Positions 25,502 to 33,497 of a stretch of 35,317 bases of DNA are shown here, piece after piece. Within the stretch, counting starts at the first letter, position 1. Each line of letters starts with the position of its first letter. A program made the translations under genes and the position numbers. A model generated the notes under the pieces. The model was given only the letters and a program-made list of their open reading frames with translations, had not been told where the DNA came from and ran no database searches. The stretch comes from Candidatus Wildermuthbacteria bacterium (GTDB taxonomy: Bacteria; Patescibacteriota; Minisyncoccia; Minisyncoccales; UBA10102): contig JACPMK010000001.1 in the NCBI GenBank assembly GCA_016186115.1, forward strand, positions 1 through 35,317, in the 5' to 3' direction.

Positions 25502-27889
25502 ATGCTTCAAATCACCAAACAAGAGAAGGAGTATACGAATGCCCGTTTTTCAGAAAACGCCCTGCGAATGATGAAAAAACGCTATTTAGTTGTGAATGGG
25601 CAGGGAGAACAGGAAACGCCAGCAGATTTATTTCTGCGCGTGGCGCGTGCCTTGGCTGAAGTGGAGAAAGCGTATGGAAAAGGCGATGGAGAAATTGATC
25701 AAATTACCAAGGACTTTTTTGATGTGCTTGCCAATAAAGAGTTTACTCCGGCCGGCCGCACCCTCCGCAATGCCGGGAACGAAACCGTTTTGATCGCAAA
25801 TTGTGTGGTACTGCCGATCGAGGACTCCATGGAGGGCATTTTCCAAACCTTAAAGGAGGCCTCTCTGCTTCAGCAAGTTGGATGCGGGCTGGGTTTTGAT
25901 CTTTCGTCTTTGCGCCCCGTGGGATTTCCTACCAAAAGAACGCAGGGTGAGGCCTCTGGCCCCGTTTCTTTTTTGAGGGTATACAACGAAGCATTTAGGA
26001 CCGTGAAACAGCAAGGTCGCCATGGCGCGAACATGGCCATGATGCGCATTGACCACCCTGATATTTTGGATTTTATTCATGCCAAGAATCGGGAGGGAGA
26101 AATCGAGTGTTTCAACATTTCTGTTACAGTTACAGATGAATTTATGAATGCCCTGGAGCAAGATCCTAATCAAGCATGGCATTGTAAATTCAAAGATAAG
26201 AAAACCAAGCCCCGGATGGTCTCGCGCTATCCAAATGGTTCTGTGTACAATATCGAAGAAGTTGATATGTCCGTAGGACAGCTTTGGCAGGAGTTGGTTC
26301 ATTCTGCATGGTTGAATGGAGAACCGGGAATTGTATTTATCGATACGGTGAATAAAACCAATCCCCTGCCGGGGTTGGGCCCTATTGCAACTTCAAATCC
26401 TTGCGCAGAGCAATTTCTTCATCCTTACGATAATTGTAATTTGGGATCGATTAACTTGGCCGCTTTTGTAAAAGAAGGAAGGGTGGACTGGGATCGATTA
26501 AGTTTCGTGACAAGAACGGCAGTCCGGATGCTCGATAATGTTATTGATAAATTTGATTTCCCAGTGGCAAAACTCAATGAGATGGCACGAGGGAATCGCA
26601 GAATAGGGTTGGGAATTATGGGATTTGCGGATATGTTGTATCAATTGCGAATACAGTATAATTCTCGAGATGGGTTGGAAATGGCAGAAAAGGTGATGGG
26701 TTTTGTTCAAGACGAATCCCACAAAATGTCTGAAGAGCTTGCAGCGGGAAAAGGCATTTTCCCCAACTATCATTTGAGTGTTTTTGCCAAGCAAGGAATC
26801 AAACAGCGGAATGCCGCTCTTACCACAGTGGCTCCTACGGGCTCCATCAGCATGATGACTGATGCCTCTTCGGGTATCGAACCAAATTTTGCTTTGGCCT
26901 ATGTGAAGCAAGATAAAGACGGCATGCAATATCGTTACTTCAATACCTATTTTGAACAAGCCCTCAATCAACTTAATTTGAGCTCCGAAGAAAAAGAACT
27001 CGTGAAAAAAGAAATTATTGAAAAGGGGACAATTCAACATTTGAAGAATTTGCCAGAGGATTTTCGCGATGTATTCGTGATTTCTATGGATATGTCGGGA
27101 AAAGAGCATATGCAGATGCAGGCCGCGTTTCAAAAACATGTCGATAACTCTATTTCCAAGACCATTAATTTTCCCAATTCGGCAACCGAAAAGGAGGTTT
27201 CCGAAAGCTTTGCCGATGCATGGCAACTGGGTTGTAAAAGTTGCACCGTATATCGTGAGGGCAGCAGAGTGATTCAAGTACTGAATCTTGGAACGGGGGA
27301 GAATATCGCTGCTCCGACAGGAGCCCCCTCTCAAAAAGGCGGAGGATCTTTTGGCGGCAGCTATAAAAAAATTTCGCCAAGGCCGCGGCCGGAGGTCATG
27401 AATGGGAAGACCTATCGCGTAAAAACTGGCTATGGAAATTTGTACGTTACGATCAATAGCGATGAAAAAGGCGAACCCTTTGAAGTTTTTGCTAATATTG
27501 GGAAAAGCGGCGGATTCTTTCAGGAGCAATCCGAGGCGATTACCCGTCTTATCTCTTTGGCGTTGCGATCTGGCATCAAAGTGGAGAAGGTGATCGATGA
27601 TTTGAAGGGAATCCGCGGGCCAATGCCTATTTTCACTGACAAGGGTACTATTCTTTCGCTTCCCGATGCAATTGGAAAAATATTGGAGCAGCACGTAACC
27701 GGTACCCCCCAAGTGGAGGATTTATTGCAAAAGCCGGAGAATCAGGAAGCATTTCCCTTTGTGCAGCAGGAAGACAAATCAATTGCGGATCTTGGGTTTA
27801 TGCCCGGCTGTCCGGAATGCGGCTCTCCTCTGGCCATGGCCGAGGGATGCATCAGTTGCAAAAACTGCGGATTTAGCCGGTGCACATAA
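25502..27889 (+). CDS. nrdJ: Class II (adenosylcobalamin-dependent) ribonucleotide reductase with fused TSCPD domain
   Basis: NCVV, TSNPCAEQ, CNLGSINL, APTGSIS, TVYREGSR, C-terminal CPECG...EGCISCKNCGFSRC; no nrdB nearby. Confidence 0.92.
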   Translation: MLQITKQEKEYTNARFSENALRMMKKRYLVVNGQGEQETPADLFLRVARALAEVEKAYGKGDGEIDQITKDFFDVLANKEFTPAGRTLRNAGNETVLIANCVVLPIEDSMEGIFQTLKEASLLQQVGCGLGFDLSSLRPVGFPTKRTQGEASGPVSFLRVYNEAFRTVKQQGRHGANMAMMRIDHPDILDFIHAKNREGEIECFNISVTVTDEFMNALEQDPNQAWHCKFKDKKTKPRMVSRYPNGSVYNIEEVDMSVGQLWQELVHSAWLNGEPGIVFIDTVNKTNPLPGLGPIATSNPCAEQFLHPYDNCNLGSINLAAFVKEGRVDWDRLSFVTRTAVRMLDNVIDKFDFPVAKLNEMARGNRRIGLGIMGFADMLYQLRIQYNSRDGLEMAEKVMGFVQDESHKMSEELAAGKGIFPNYHLSVFAKQGIKQRNAALTTVAPTGSISMMTDASSGIEPNFALAYVKQDKDGMQYRYFNTYFEQALNQLNLSSEEKELVKKEIIEKGTIQHLKNLPEDFRDVFVISMDMSGKEHMQMQAAFQKHVDNSISKTINFPNSATEKEVSESFADAWQLGCKSCTVYREGSRVIQVLNLGTGENIAAPTGAPSQKGGGSFGGSYKKISPRPRPEVMNGKTYRVKTGYGNLYVTINSDEKGEPFEVFANIGKSGGFFQEQSEAITRLISLALRSGIKVEKVIDDLKGIRGPMPIFTDKGTILSLPDAIGKILEQHVTGTPQVEDLLQKPENQEAFPFVQQEDKSIADLGFMPGCPECGSPLAMAEGCISCKNCGFSRCT

Positions 27890-27902
27890 AGATAGAAAAG
27901 CT

Positions 27903-28457
27903 ATGAAGGATAGATTGATTTTTTGCCTTCTTCTTCTGTTGGCGATTGTAAGTATTGGCGTACGTTTTCTCCCGCATTTTCCAAATTTTACGCCCATAGG
28001 CGCCTTCGCCTTGTTTGCGGGAGCATACTTTTCTCGGAAGTATAAGTGGGGGCTTGGTTTGCCCTTGCTCCTTATGCTTGTTTCAGATTTCTTTATTGGT
28101 TTTTATGATTGGAAATTAATGGCTGTGGTGTACGCAAGTTTTGCCATATATGGCATTATTGGGATGCTTGTGGCGAAGAGGCAAAACGCAGGCACAGTGG
28201 TATTGGGAAGTTTTGCTGGGGCAGTTTTCTTCTATCTTGCGACGAATTTTGCGGTCTGGGCGTTTTCTCCGTGGTATGAGAAAACTTTTGAGGGTTTGAT
28301 ACTTTCCTATGCGCTCGCCTTGCCATTTTTTCGATTTACCCTTCTGGGAGATTTAGTTTTCTCTGGAATTTTCTTTGGCGTATACGAGTTCGCAAGACAA
28401 CTTGTCTTGCGTCCGAGCTCTTTCCAGCAAAGTGTCTTTATGATAAAGAAGAAGTAG
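27903..28457 (+). CDS. DUF6580-type membrane protein (ECF S-component-like putative transporter)
   Basis: RFLPHFPNFTPIGAFALFAGA, FFYLATNFAVW, ALPFF..TLLGD; about 6 TM helices. Confidence 0.72.
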   Translation: MKDRLIFCLLLLLAIVSIGVRFLPHFPNFTPIGAFALFAGAYFSRKYKWGLGLPLLLMLVSDFFIGFYDWKLMAVVYASFAIYGIIGMLVAKRQNAGTVVLGSFAGAVFFYLATNFAVWAFSPWYEKTFEGLILSYALALPFFRFTLLGDLVFSGIFFGVYEFARQLVLRPSSFQQSVFMIKKK

Positions 28458-28498
28458 CTATACACCACACAGCTCTTTAAACTTTTGAAAGGAGTACA

Positions 28499-28879
28499 AT
28501 GCCACAAGAAATGAGAGTTCCGAGGGAGAGACCAAGAACCGTAGGGGGAAAAACGGAAAAAATTCGTACTGGCCACGGCAATACCTACATCACCATCAAC
28601 TTCGATGACCAGGGCAAGCCCTTTGAGGTGTTCACCACGCTGGGGAAGGCTGGTGGCTGCGATGCGGCCAATCTGGAGGCCATCTCCAGGCTGGCCTCAC
28701 TGGCCCTGCGGTCGGGGATTGACGTGAAAGAGGTTATCGAGCAGCTTCGGGGCATCACGTGCCACCCGCAGTGGGACCAGGGCGTCCTCATCAAATCGGC
28801 GCCGGATGCCATTGGCATTGTCCTTGAGAGGCATGCCGTGGGCAGGGACCGTCGACAGTTGCGTTTGACTCCAGCTTGA
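28499..28879 (+). CDS. Stand-alone TSCPD-domain protein (NrdJb-like)
   Basis: RERP...TGHGNTYITIN...PFEVF..LGKAGGC...SAPDAI; paralogous to the NrdJ C-terminal domain. Confidence 0.85.
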   Translation: MPQEMRVPRERPRTVGGKTEKIRTGHGNTYITINFDDQGKPFEVFTTLGKAGGCDAANLEAISRLASLALRSGIDVKEVIEQLRGITCHPQWDQGVLIKSAPDAIGIVLERHAVGRDRRQLRLTPA

Positions 28880-28900
28880 GGCAGCCGTTTCCTAAAACCA

Positions 28901-28929
28901 GAGGACGACTTTTTTGCAAAGTCGTCCTC
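28901..28929. terminator. Bidirectional terminator
   Basis: GAGGACGACTTT-loop-AAAGTCGTCCTC. Confidence 0.75.
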
Positions 28930-28952
28930 ATTTTGTTCGAGATTTAATGAAG

Positions 28953-29023
28953 AGCGGGTGATGGGAATCGAACCCACGTACTCTGATTGGCAACCAGATG
29001 CACTACCATTGTGCTACACCCGC
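28953..29023 (-). tRNA. tRNA-Gly(GCC)
   Basis: TCTGG-TT-GCC-AA-TCAGA. Confidence 0.95.
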
Positions 29024-29070
29024 AACGTAAGAAATTTCTGAAAGAAATTTCTACGTCTCGCATTTCGCGG

Positions 29071-29142
29071 TGCCGCGGGGGTGAATCGAACACCCGACGC
29101 CATCCTCTTCAGGGATGCGCTCTACCACTGAGCTACCGCGGC
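29071..29142 (-). tRNA. tRNA-Phe(GAA)
   Basis: CATCC-CT-GAA-GA-GGATG. Confidence 0.95.
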
Positions 29143-29166
29143 ATAAATTAAATTGTTACATTGCTG

Positions 29167-29240
29167 TGGGCGCGTCCTGACTCGAACAGGAGACCTTCTC
29201 GGTGTAAACGAGACGCTCTAACCAACTGAGCTACGCGCCC
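29167..29240 (-). tRNA. tRNA-Val(TAC)
   Basis: TCTCG-TT-TAC-AC-CGAGA. Confidence 0.95.
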
Positions 29241-29284
29241 TCTCGGTGGGACGCTGAGCGTCCCCAGAACAACGCTAAGCGTTG

Positions 29285-29369
29285 TGCCCAGGGCGGGAGT
29301 CGAACCCGCACGGCCTTGCGGCCACTACCCCCTCGAAGTAGCGCGTATAGCCAATTCCGCCACCTGGGC
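29285..29369 (-). tRNA. tRNA-Leu(GAG)
   Basis: CTACT-TC-GAG-GG-GGTAG; variable arm. Confidence 0.92.
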
Positions 29370-29393
29370 CCGACTACAAACTGCCAGCTTGTA

Positions 29394-29819
29394 TTATTTT
29401 TTCGTCTCCGTAGGTTCGGTTATCTCTTCGGCTGTCTCGGTTACTTCTGCTTCCTTCTCCGTACCTGCCGTTGCTTCCTTCACTTTCGCACGTACTCGTT
29501 TTGCAGTTGCCTGTCTGAGATAATACAATTTTGCCCGGCGTACCCTTCCTTTTTTTACCACCTCTATTTTGGAAATCGACGGAGAATGAAGTGGGAAAAT
29601 TCGCTCCACCCCTACTCCATGACTGATTTTGCGGACTATAAAAGTTGCGGAAATCCCGGCCCCGTGTTTTCTTGCTATGACAATACCCTCAAAGGGCTGG
29701 ATTCTTTCTTTGTCCCCTTCTTTCACCTTTTGGTACACCCTTACAGTATCTCCCGCACGAAAATCGGGTATCTCCTTTTTGATATATGGTTGTACAAACG
29801 TTTCAATTGATGAAGACAT
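29394..29819 (-). CDS. rplS: 50S ribosomal protein L19
   Basis: [36 protein letters not shown]. Confidence 0.98.
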   Translation of the reverse strand: MSSSIETFVQPYIKKEIPDFRAGDTVRVYQKVKEGDKERIQPFEGIVIARKHGAGISATFIVRKISHGVGVERIFPLHSPSISKIEVVKKGRVRRAKLYYLRQATAKRVRAKVKEATAGTEKEAEVTETAEEITEPTETKK

Positions 29820-29823
29820 ATGT

Positions 29824-30501
29824 TTATTGCGATTCGATTCTTTGCAAAACTTCTTGTAAATCTTTCGGCAATTCCGAAGAAAACTCTTTTGTGATGCCGT
29901 TGGGCAGTGGTATTTTTAGATAACTGGCATGAAGGAATTGGCGATTGAGCCCTTCGGGAATCGGCTGATTTTTAAACCCATACAGTTTGTCTCCTGCAAT
30001 GGGATGAGATTTCCAAACCATATGAGCTCTGATCTGATGCTTCCGGCCTGTTTTGGGGGTAATTTCCAAAAGCGTATATTGAGGAAAACGCTTGAGCACT
30101 CGATACAAGGTTACAGCTTCCCTGCCATTTTTTGTCTGCGCGTGCTCTGGCAGATATGCTTTTTGTTTTCTGCGATCTTGAGGCGACCTGCCAAGCAACG
30201 TTTCGATTATTCCTTTGTCCTCCTTTACATTTCCCACTACGAGACAGATATATTTTTTCTCAACACGCCGTTCTTTGAATTGCTGCTGAAGAAAGGAAAA
30301 AAGTTCCTTGGTTTTCGCCACCAAAAGCACGCCAGAGGTATCCTTGTCGAGCCGGTGGACAATGCCGCATCTTCGTTCTGCGCCCAGCTCCTTTTGAGAA
30401 GGACGCTGCTCTAAAAGAACTTGTGCTTTTTCAATAGGCAATCCCGCGGGCTTGTCGAGCACTAACAGTGTAGCATCTTCGTATAGGATTTTCAATGGCA
30501 T
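29824..30501 (-). CDS. RluA/RluD-family pseudouridine synthase (no S4 domain)
   Basis: [29 protein letters not shown]. Confidence 0.93.
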   Translation of the reverse strand: MPLKILYEDATLLVLDKPAGLPIEKAQVLLEQRPSQKELGAERRCGIVHRLDKDTSGVLLVAKTKELFSFLQQQFKERRVEKKYICLVVGNVKEDKGIIETLLGRSPQDRRKQKAYLPEHAQTKNGREAVTLYRVLKRFPQYTLLEITPKTGRKHQIRAHMVWKSHPIAGDKLYGFKNQPIPEGLNRQFLHASYLKIPLPNGITKEFSSELPKDLQEVLQRIESQ

Positions 30502-30564
30502 AGGGTACAGGAATATTGTGCTCTTTTCTTAATCAAAAGGCAAGCTAAGAAAAACCGGGCGCCT

Positions 30565-30993
30565 TTATTCAAGCACCCGGTATATTCCCCGGAACTTTGG
30601 GCCGAGGAACTTTTCTAGTGGATCCTCCACGACTCGTCTTGCCCGCCACGAGGCGTGAATTACCGTGTGGTGTTCTGTTATGATCCCGACATGGCCGACT
30701 GGAAAACATGCTCGGTTTTCGTCTCGGTATCCTCCCCATCGGCCTTGGGTGAAAATAAGATCTCCCGGCGCGTGTTCGCCAAAGGGAATTGGTTTCCCAG
30801 CATAGAGCTGCCCGAGAAGATCTTGCGGCAATGCAATGCCGTGTGCATGAAATACGCAGGAGATAAAGACAAAACAATTCACTAATTCCGGAGGTCTGCA
30901 TTCTTCTTCCAAAAAGCAATAACGTGCTCGCGCGACAAATGCACGAGCTGTTTGTACCGCAAGGAGTCCTGTTGATGTTCTGGCAATACTCAT
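30565..30993 (-). CDS. NlpC/P60-family protein
   Basis: NCF (DCS variant), PGDLIF, GHVGI, IHAS; start trimmed to avoid tRNA overlap. Confidence 0.8.
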   Translation of the reverse strand: MSIARTSTGLLAVQTARAFVARARYCFLEEECRPPELVNCFVFISCVFHAHGIALPQDLLGQLYAGKPIPFGEHAPGDLIFTQGRWGGYRDENRACFPVGHVGIITEHHTVIHASWRARRVVEDPLEKFLGPKFRGIYRVLE

Positions 30994-31037
30994 CTTCCCT
31001 CCATGCCCTGCAGATTTTAAAGAGCATTCATGAGATG

Positions 31038-31109
31038 TGGGCGCATCAGGATTTGAACCTGAGACCCCTTCCGTGTCGAGGAAGTGCTCTGCCACTGAGC
31101 TATGCGCCC
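31038..31109 (-). tRNA. tRNA-Val(GAC)
   Basis: CTTCC-TC-GAC-AC-GGAAG. Confidence 0.93.
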
Positions 31110-31798
31110 GTATATTGATTGACAACTTTTTCGCAGAAGAATTTACTTAAAGATAAGAGTTTTCTCTGGATTGCAACATTTCCGCAGCGTATATGGCAGA
31201 CGCCATTATAGTTAGCATAAGTCTTAGAGCCGAGCGTACGTTTGTCTATATTTACCTGTTTGAAACAATTTAATGGGAGTTTCAATTCTCTTGCCCAGAA
31301 TTGTTTTATCTCTTTCGGAATTTGGTCTGCTCGTATGTACAGCTCACACCGTATTTTTTCAACTTCTATGTGATAAATGTTCTGTATAAGTGCGAGGAAG
31401 AATTTTAGGATAAGAGGATCGGAGCTACCAAGAGCAGTTTCTGTATTTTTCTTGGCTCCTTCTCCAAAATATAGAAGCGCTAGAGTTAATTCAAGGATTT
31501 CTTTTTTGAGGACGTCAACCTTTCGTAAGGTGATGAGTGCTTGATTTTCTGCATCCTGCAATCGTTTTGCTTTTTGTGCATTGTGCCACCGAACAGCTTT
31601 GCTTCTTGCTTTCGTTAGTGCTCGTTCCCATCGCAAATGAAGTCGCTCTCGCTGCCTTTTTGTAAGTATCACTTCTTGGAGCCATCCGCTTAGTGTTGAC
31701 CGTGGTATTCCTAATTTTTGTTCGATATTCCTAAGGGAGATTCCTTGCTTTCTCAATTTGAGCGCATCTGGTTTTAACTCGTACCACCTCGATTTCAT
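31100..31798 (-). CDS. HTH plus LAGLIDADG-like hypothetical protein abutting tRNA-Val
   Basis: N-terminal LRKQGISLRNIEQKLGIPRSTLSGW HTH; LALLYFGEGAK helix; stop codon inside the tRNA 5' end. Confidence 0.7.
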   Translation of the reverse strand: MKSRWYELKPDALKLRKQGISLRNIEQKLGIPRSTLSGWLQEVILTKRQRERLHLRWERALTKARSKAVRWHNAQKAKRLQDAENQALITLRKVDVLKKEILELTLALLYFGEGAKKNTETALGSSDPLILKFFLALIQNIYHIEVEKIRCELYIRADQIPKEIKQFWARELKLPLNCFKQVNIDKRTLGSKTYANYNGVCHIRCGNVAIQRKLLSLSKFFCEKVVNQYTGA

Positions 31799-31902
31799 GT
31801 ATCCATGATAACACTTGTTGTTCGGTTAGTAAAAGCTTTCTATCCACAATGTGCCCTTTGTTTGAAAATGCGCGAACCTTCTTTGAACGAAACTGACGCT
31901 CC

Positions 31903-32081
31903 GCCCCGCCGCCGCTCGCTAACGCTCGCCACCCCGCAAAAAAGTTTTCTTCACATTTTTTGATTTGCGCGCCCGATTTTTTCTTTTAAAAGGAAAAGAA
32001 AACTTTTTTGCTGGGTTCTGCTCTGAACGAGCAGGGCGGCGGGGCTTCGCTTCGGCTCGGGCGCGCTTTGGACGCCGACGG
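31903..32081 (+). repeat. Large imperfect hairpin / border element
   Basis: GCCCCGCCGCC (31903-13)/GGCGGCGGGGC (32035-45); GCAAAAAAGTTTTCTT (31936-51)/AAGAAAACTTTTTTGC (31996-32011). Confidence 0.8.
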
Positions 32082-32095
32082 AATTTGTGCCAGCG

Positions 32096-32485
32096 TTAGC
32101 TGGCGCGCCGCTCAAAATTTTTCAAATAATCCTTAATTCTTTCACGGTCTTCGTTTTCTTTTTCGCCCTTGAAATATATCTCAATAAAATCAATTTTACA
32201 ACTTTGGCAATGAAAGGCGTAGATAACTCGTATTCCACTCTTTGAACCCCGCCCTTTTAGGGCCTTGCAAGCGAATTTTTTTATTTTACAAACATAAATT
32301 TCTTCCGTGCAAAAACCTTGTATCGGAAAAACGCTTGAATTATTTATCTTCTGAATATGATAAAACTCAATAGCCGCTATTTTTGCGAGCTCTAAATCAC
32401 TCTCAAGTGATTTGAATTTTTTGAGTAGTTTTTTGAAATCTTTTTGAAATTCCGGCGTTTCGCCATAATTAATCTTGCTGGTCAT
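32096..32485 (-). CDS. RelE/HigB-like toxin candidate
   Basis: TPEFQKDFKKLLKK...KGRGSKSGIRVIYA...IEIYFKGEKEN. Confidence 0.75.
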   Translation of the reverse strand: MTSKINYGETPEFQKDFKKLLKKFKSLESDLELAKIAAIEFYHIQKINNSSVFPIQGFCTEEIYVCKIKKFACKALKGRGSKSGIRVIYAFHCQSCKIDFIEIYFKGEKENEDRERIKDYLKNFERRAS

Positions 32486-33248
32486 AGTTTCTCACAGAAG
32501 TTTTAGGAGTGCGGTAGAATACGGCCTCGTAATCAAGCGGCTGATTTTCTTTCGCAACGAGCCAAGGAGTGTCCTCGTGAGAATATTCGCTTAATTCTGT
32601 GGCGTTCTTATCGCCCAATCTTGCTATTACTTCGTCAATATGACGCAATTCGCGCGCGTCTTTTAATTTTGTCAAATCCGGTTCACGAATTGGCAAGTAT
32701 TTTCTTTGCGGATAATTAAAATATTTTCCTTCTACTTTTACAACCTCGCCGTTTTTGATCATATCGTCAACAATAGTTTTGAACTCAACGGGTGTAGGCC
32801 CATAATGATTTTTAATATATGTCGCGCCGACAAGCTGTTCCTCAAATTTTTCGTAAAAATCAAAATCAATAAAATAAAGCAATTTATAAACCACGGCTTC
32901 GCCGACATTCGGCTTGCCGCCTACTTTTGATAAAACATAAAGTAAAACTTCTTTGAATTTTTCAAGATTTTTTTGAGGAACGCTTATTCTCATTCCTGAT
33001 TTTTCTTCTTTTATTTTTTTCACAATTTTTTTAATCTCTGCCGTATTGGAGGGAACCTTGCCCTTGATAAAATCGTTAAAATCAATGCCAAAAACATCTG
33101 CAAGTTTTTTTGCTTCTGAAATAGTTATGTCACGCTCGCCTTGTTCTATCTGAATATAAGTCGGGCGAGAAACGCCAATCTTTGACGCCAAAAACTCCTG
33201 CGTCAAATTGTGCTTTTTTCGTTGTTCTAATATAAATTTACCAAGCAT
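32469..33248 (-). CDS. XRE-HTH plus Panacea/DUF4065 (SocA-like) antitoxin candidate
   Basis: N-terminal HTH; KLLYFIDF...Y...YGPTP...LSEYSHEDTPW. Confidence 0.82.
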   Translation of the reverse strand: MLGKFILEQRKKHNLTQEFLASKIGVSRPTYIQIEQGERDITISEAKKLADVFGIDFNDFIKGKVPSNTAEIKKIVKKIKEEKSGMRISVPQKNLEKFKEVLLYVLSKVGGKPNVGEAVVYKLLYFIDFDFYEKFEEQLVGATYIKNHYGPTPVEFKTIVDDMIKNGEVVKVEGKYFNYPQRKYLPIREPDLTKLKDARELRHIDEVIARLGDKNATELSEYSHEDTPWLVAKENQPLDYEAVFYRTPKTSVRNYDQQD

Positions 33249-33260
33249 ATTGTTATCTCC

Positions 33261-33333
33261 AGTATAATCCTTGTAAAATTCTTTGTCAAGCCAGTGCCAA
33301 GATATTTGACAAACACCACGAAAGGACTAAAAT
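33261..33333. promoter_or_regulatory. Back-to-back sigma70 promoters
   Basis: Minus strand TTGACA-17-TATACT (33289-33261); plus strand TTGACA-16-TAAAAT (33306-33333). Confidence 0.7.
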
Positions 33334-33497
33334 AAATAGGGAGTGACGATTGTTTGCGGCAATAGCATCTCTCCCCATTCACAGAAATGTCTTTTTCGCC
33401 CTTTGGGGCATTTCAGCTAGACCTGTAATAAACCACAACTTTATTTTAACAGATTTAGACAATTTAATAAACAAGAGCGGTTAATAATCCAAACAAC

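Noticed and set aside
26498-27712. 404-aa antisense ORF and the many other shadow ORFs
   Set aside because: They lie opposite or out of frame to well-supported genes and carry no recognisable motifs.
27759-27902. Longer start or a cobalamin riboswitch for the DUF6580 gene
   Set aside because: The region is nrdJ coding sequence; the gap is only 13 bp and no B12 box is visible.
9507-28977. 26-bp direct repeat (9507-9532 and 28952-28977) as possible attL/attR
   Set aside because: Both are 3' ends of complete tRNA-Gly isoacceptors, and the DNA between is core genes.
30994-31125. N-terminal extension of the NlpC/P60 ORF (likewise 20937..20993, 9513..9785, 23270..23548, 29284..29523)
   Set aside because: These overlap tRNA genes.
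31840-31848. DnaA-box-like CTATCCACA (also TTCTCCACA at 24909-24917)
   Set aside because: Isolated imperfect matches with no cluster or dnaA/dnaN context, so not called as oriC.
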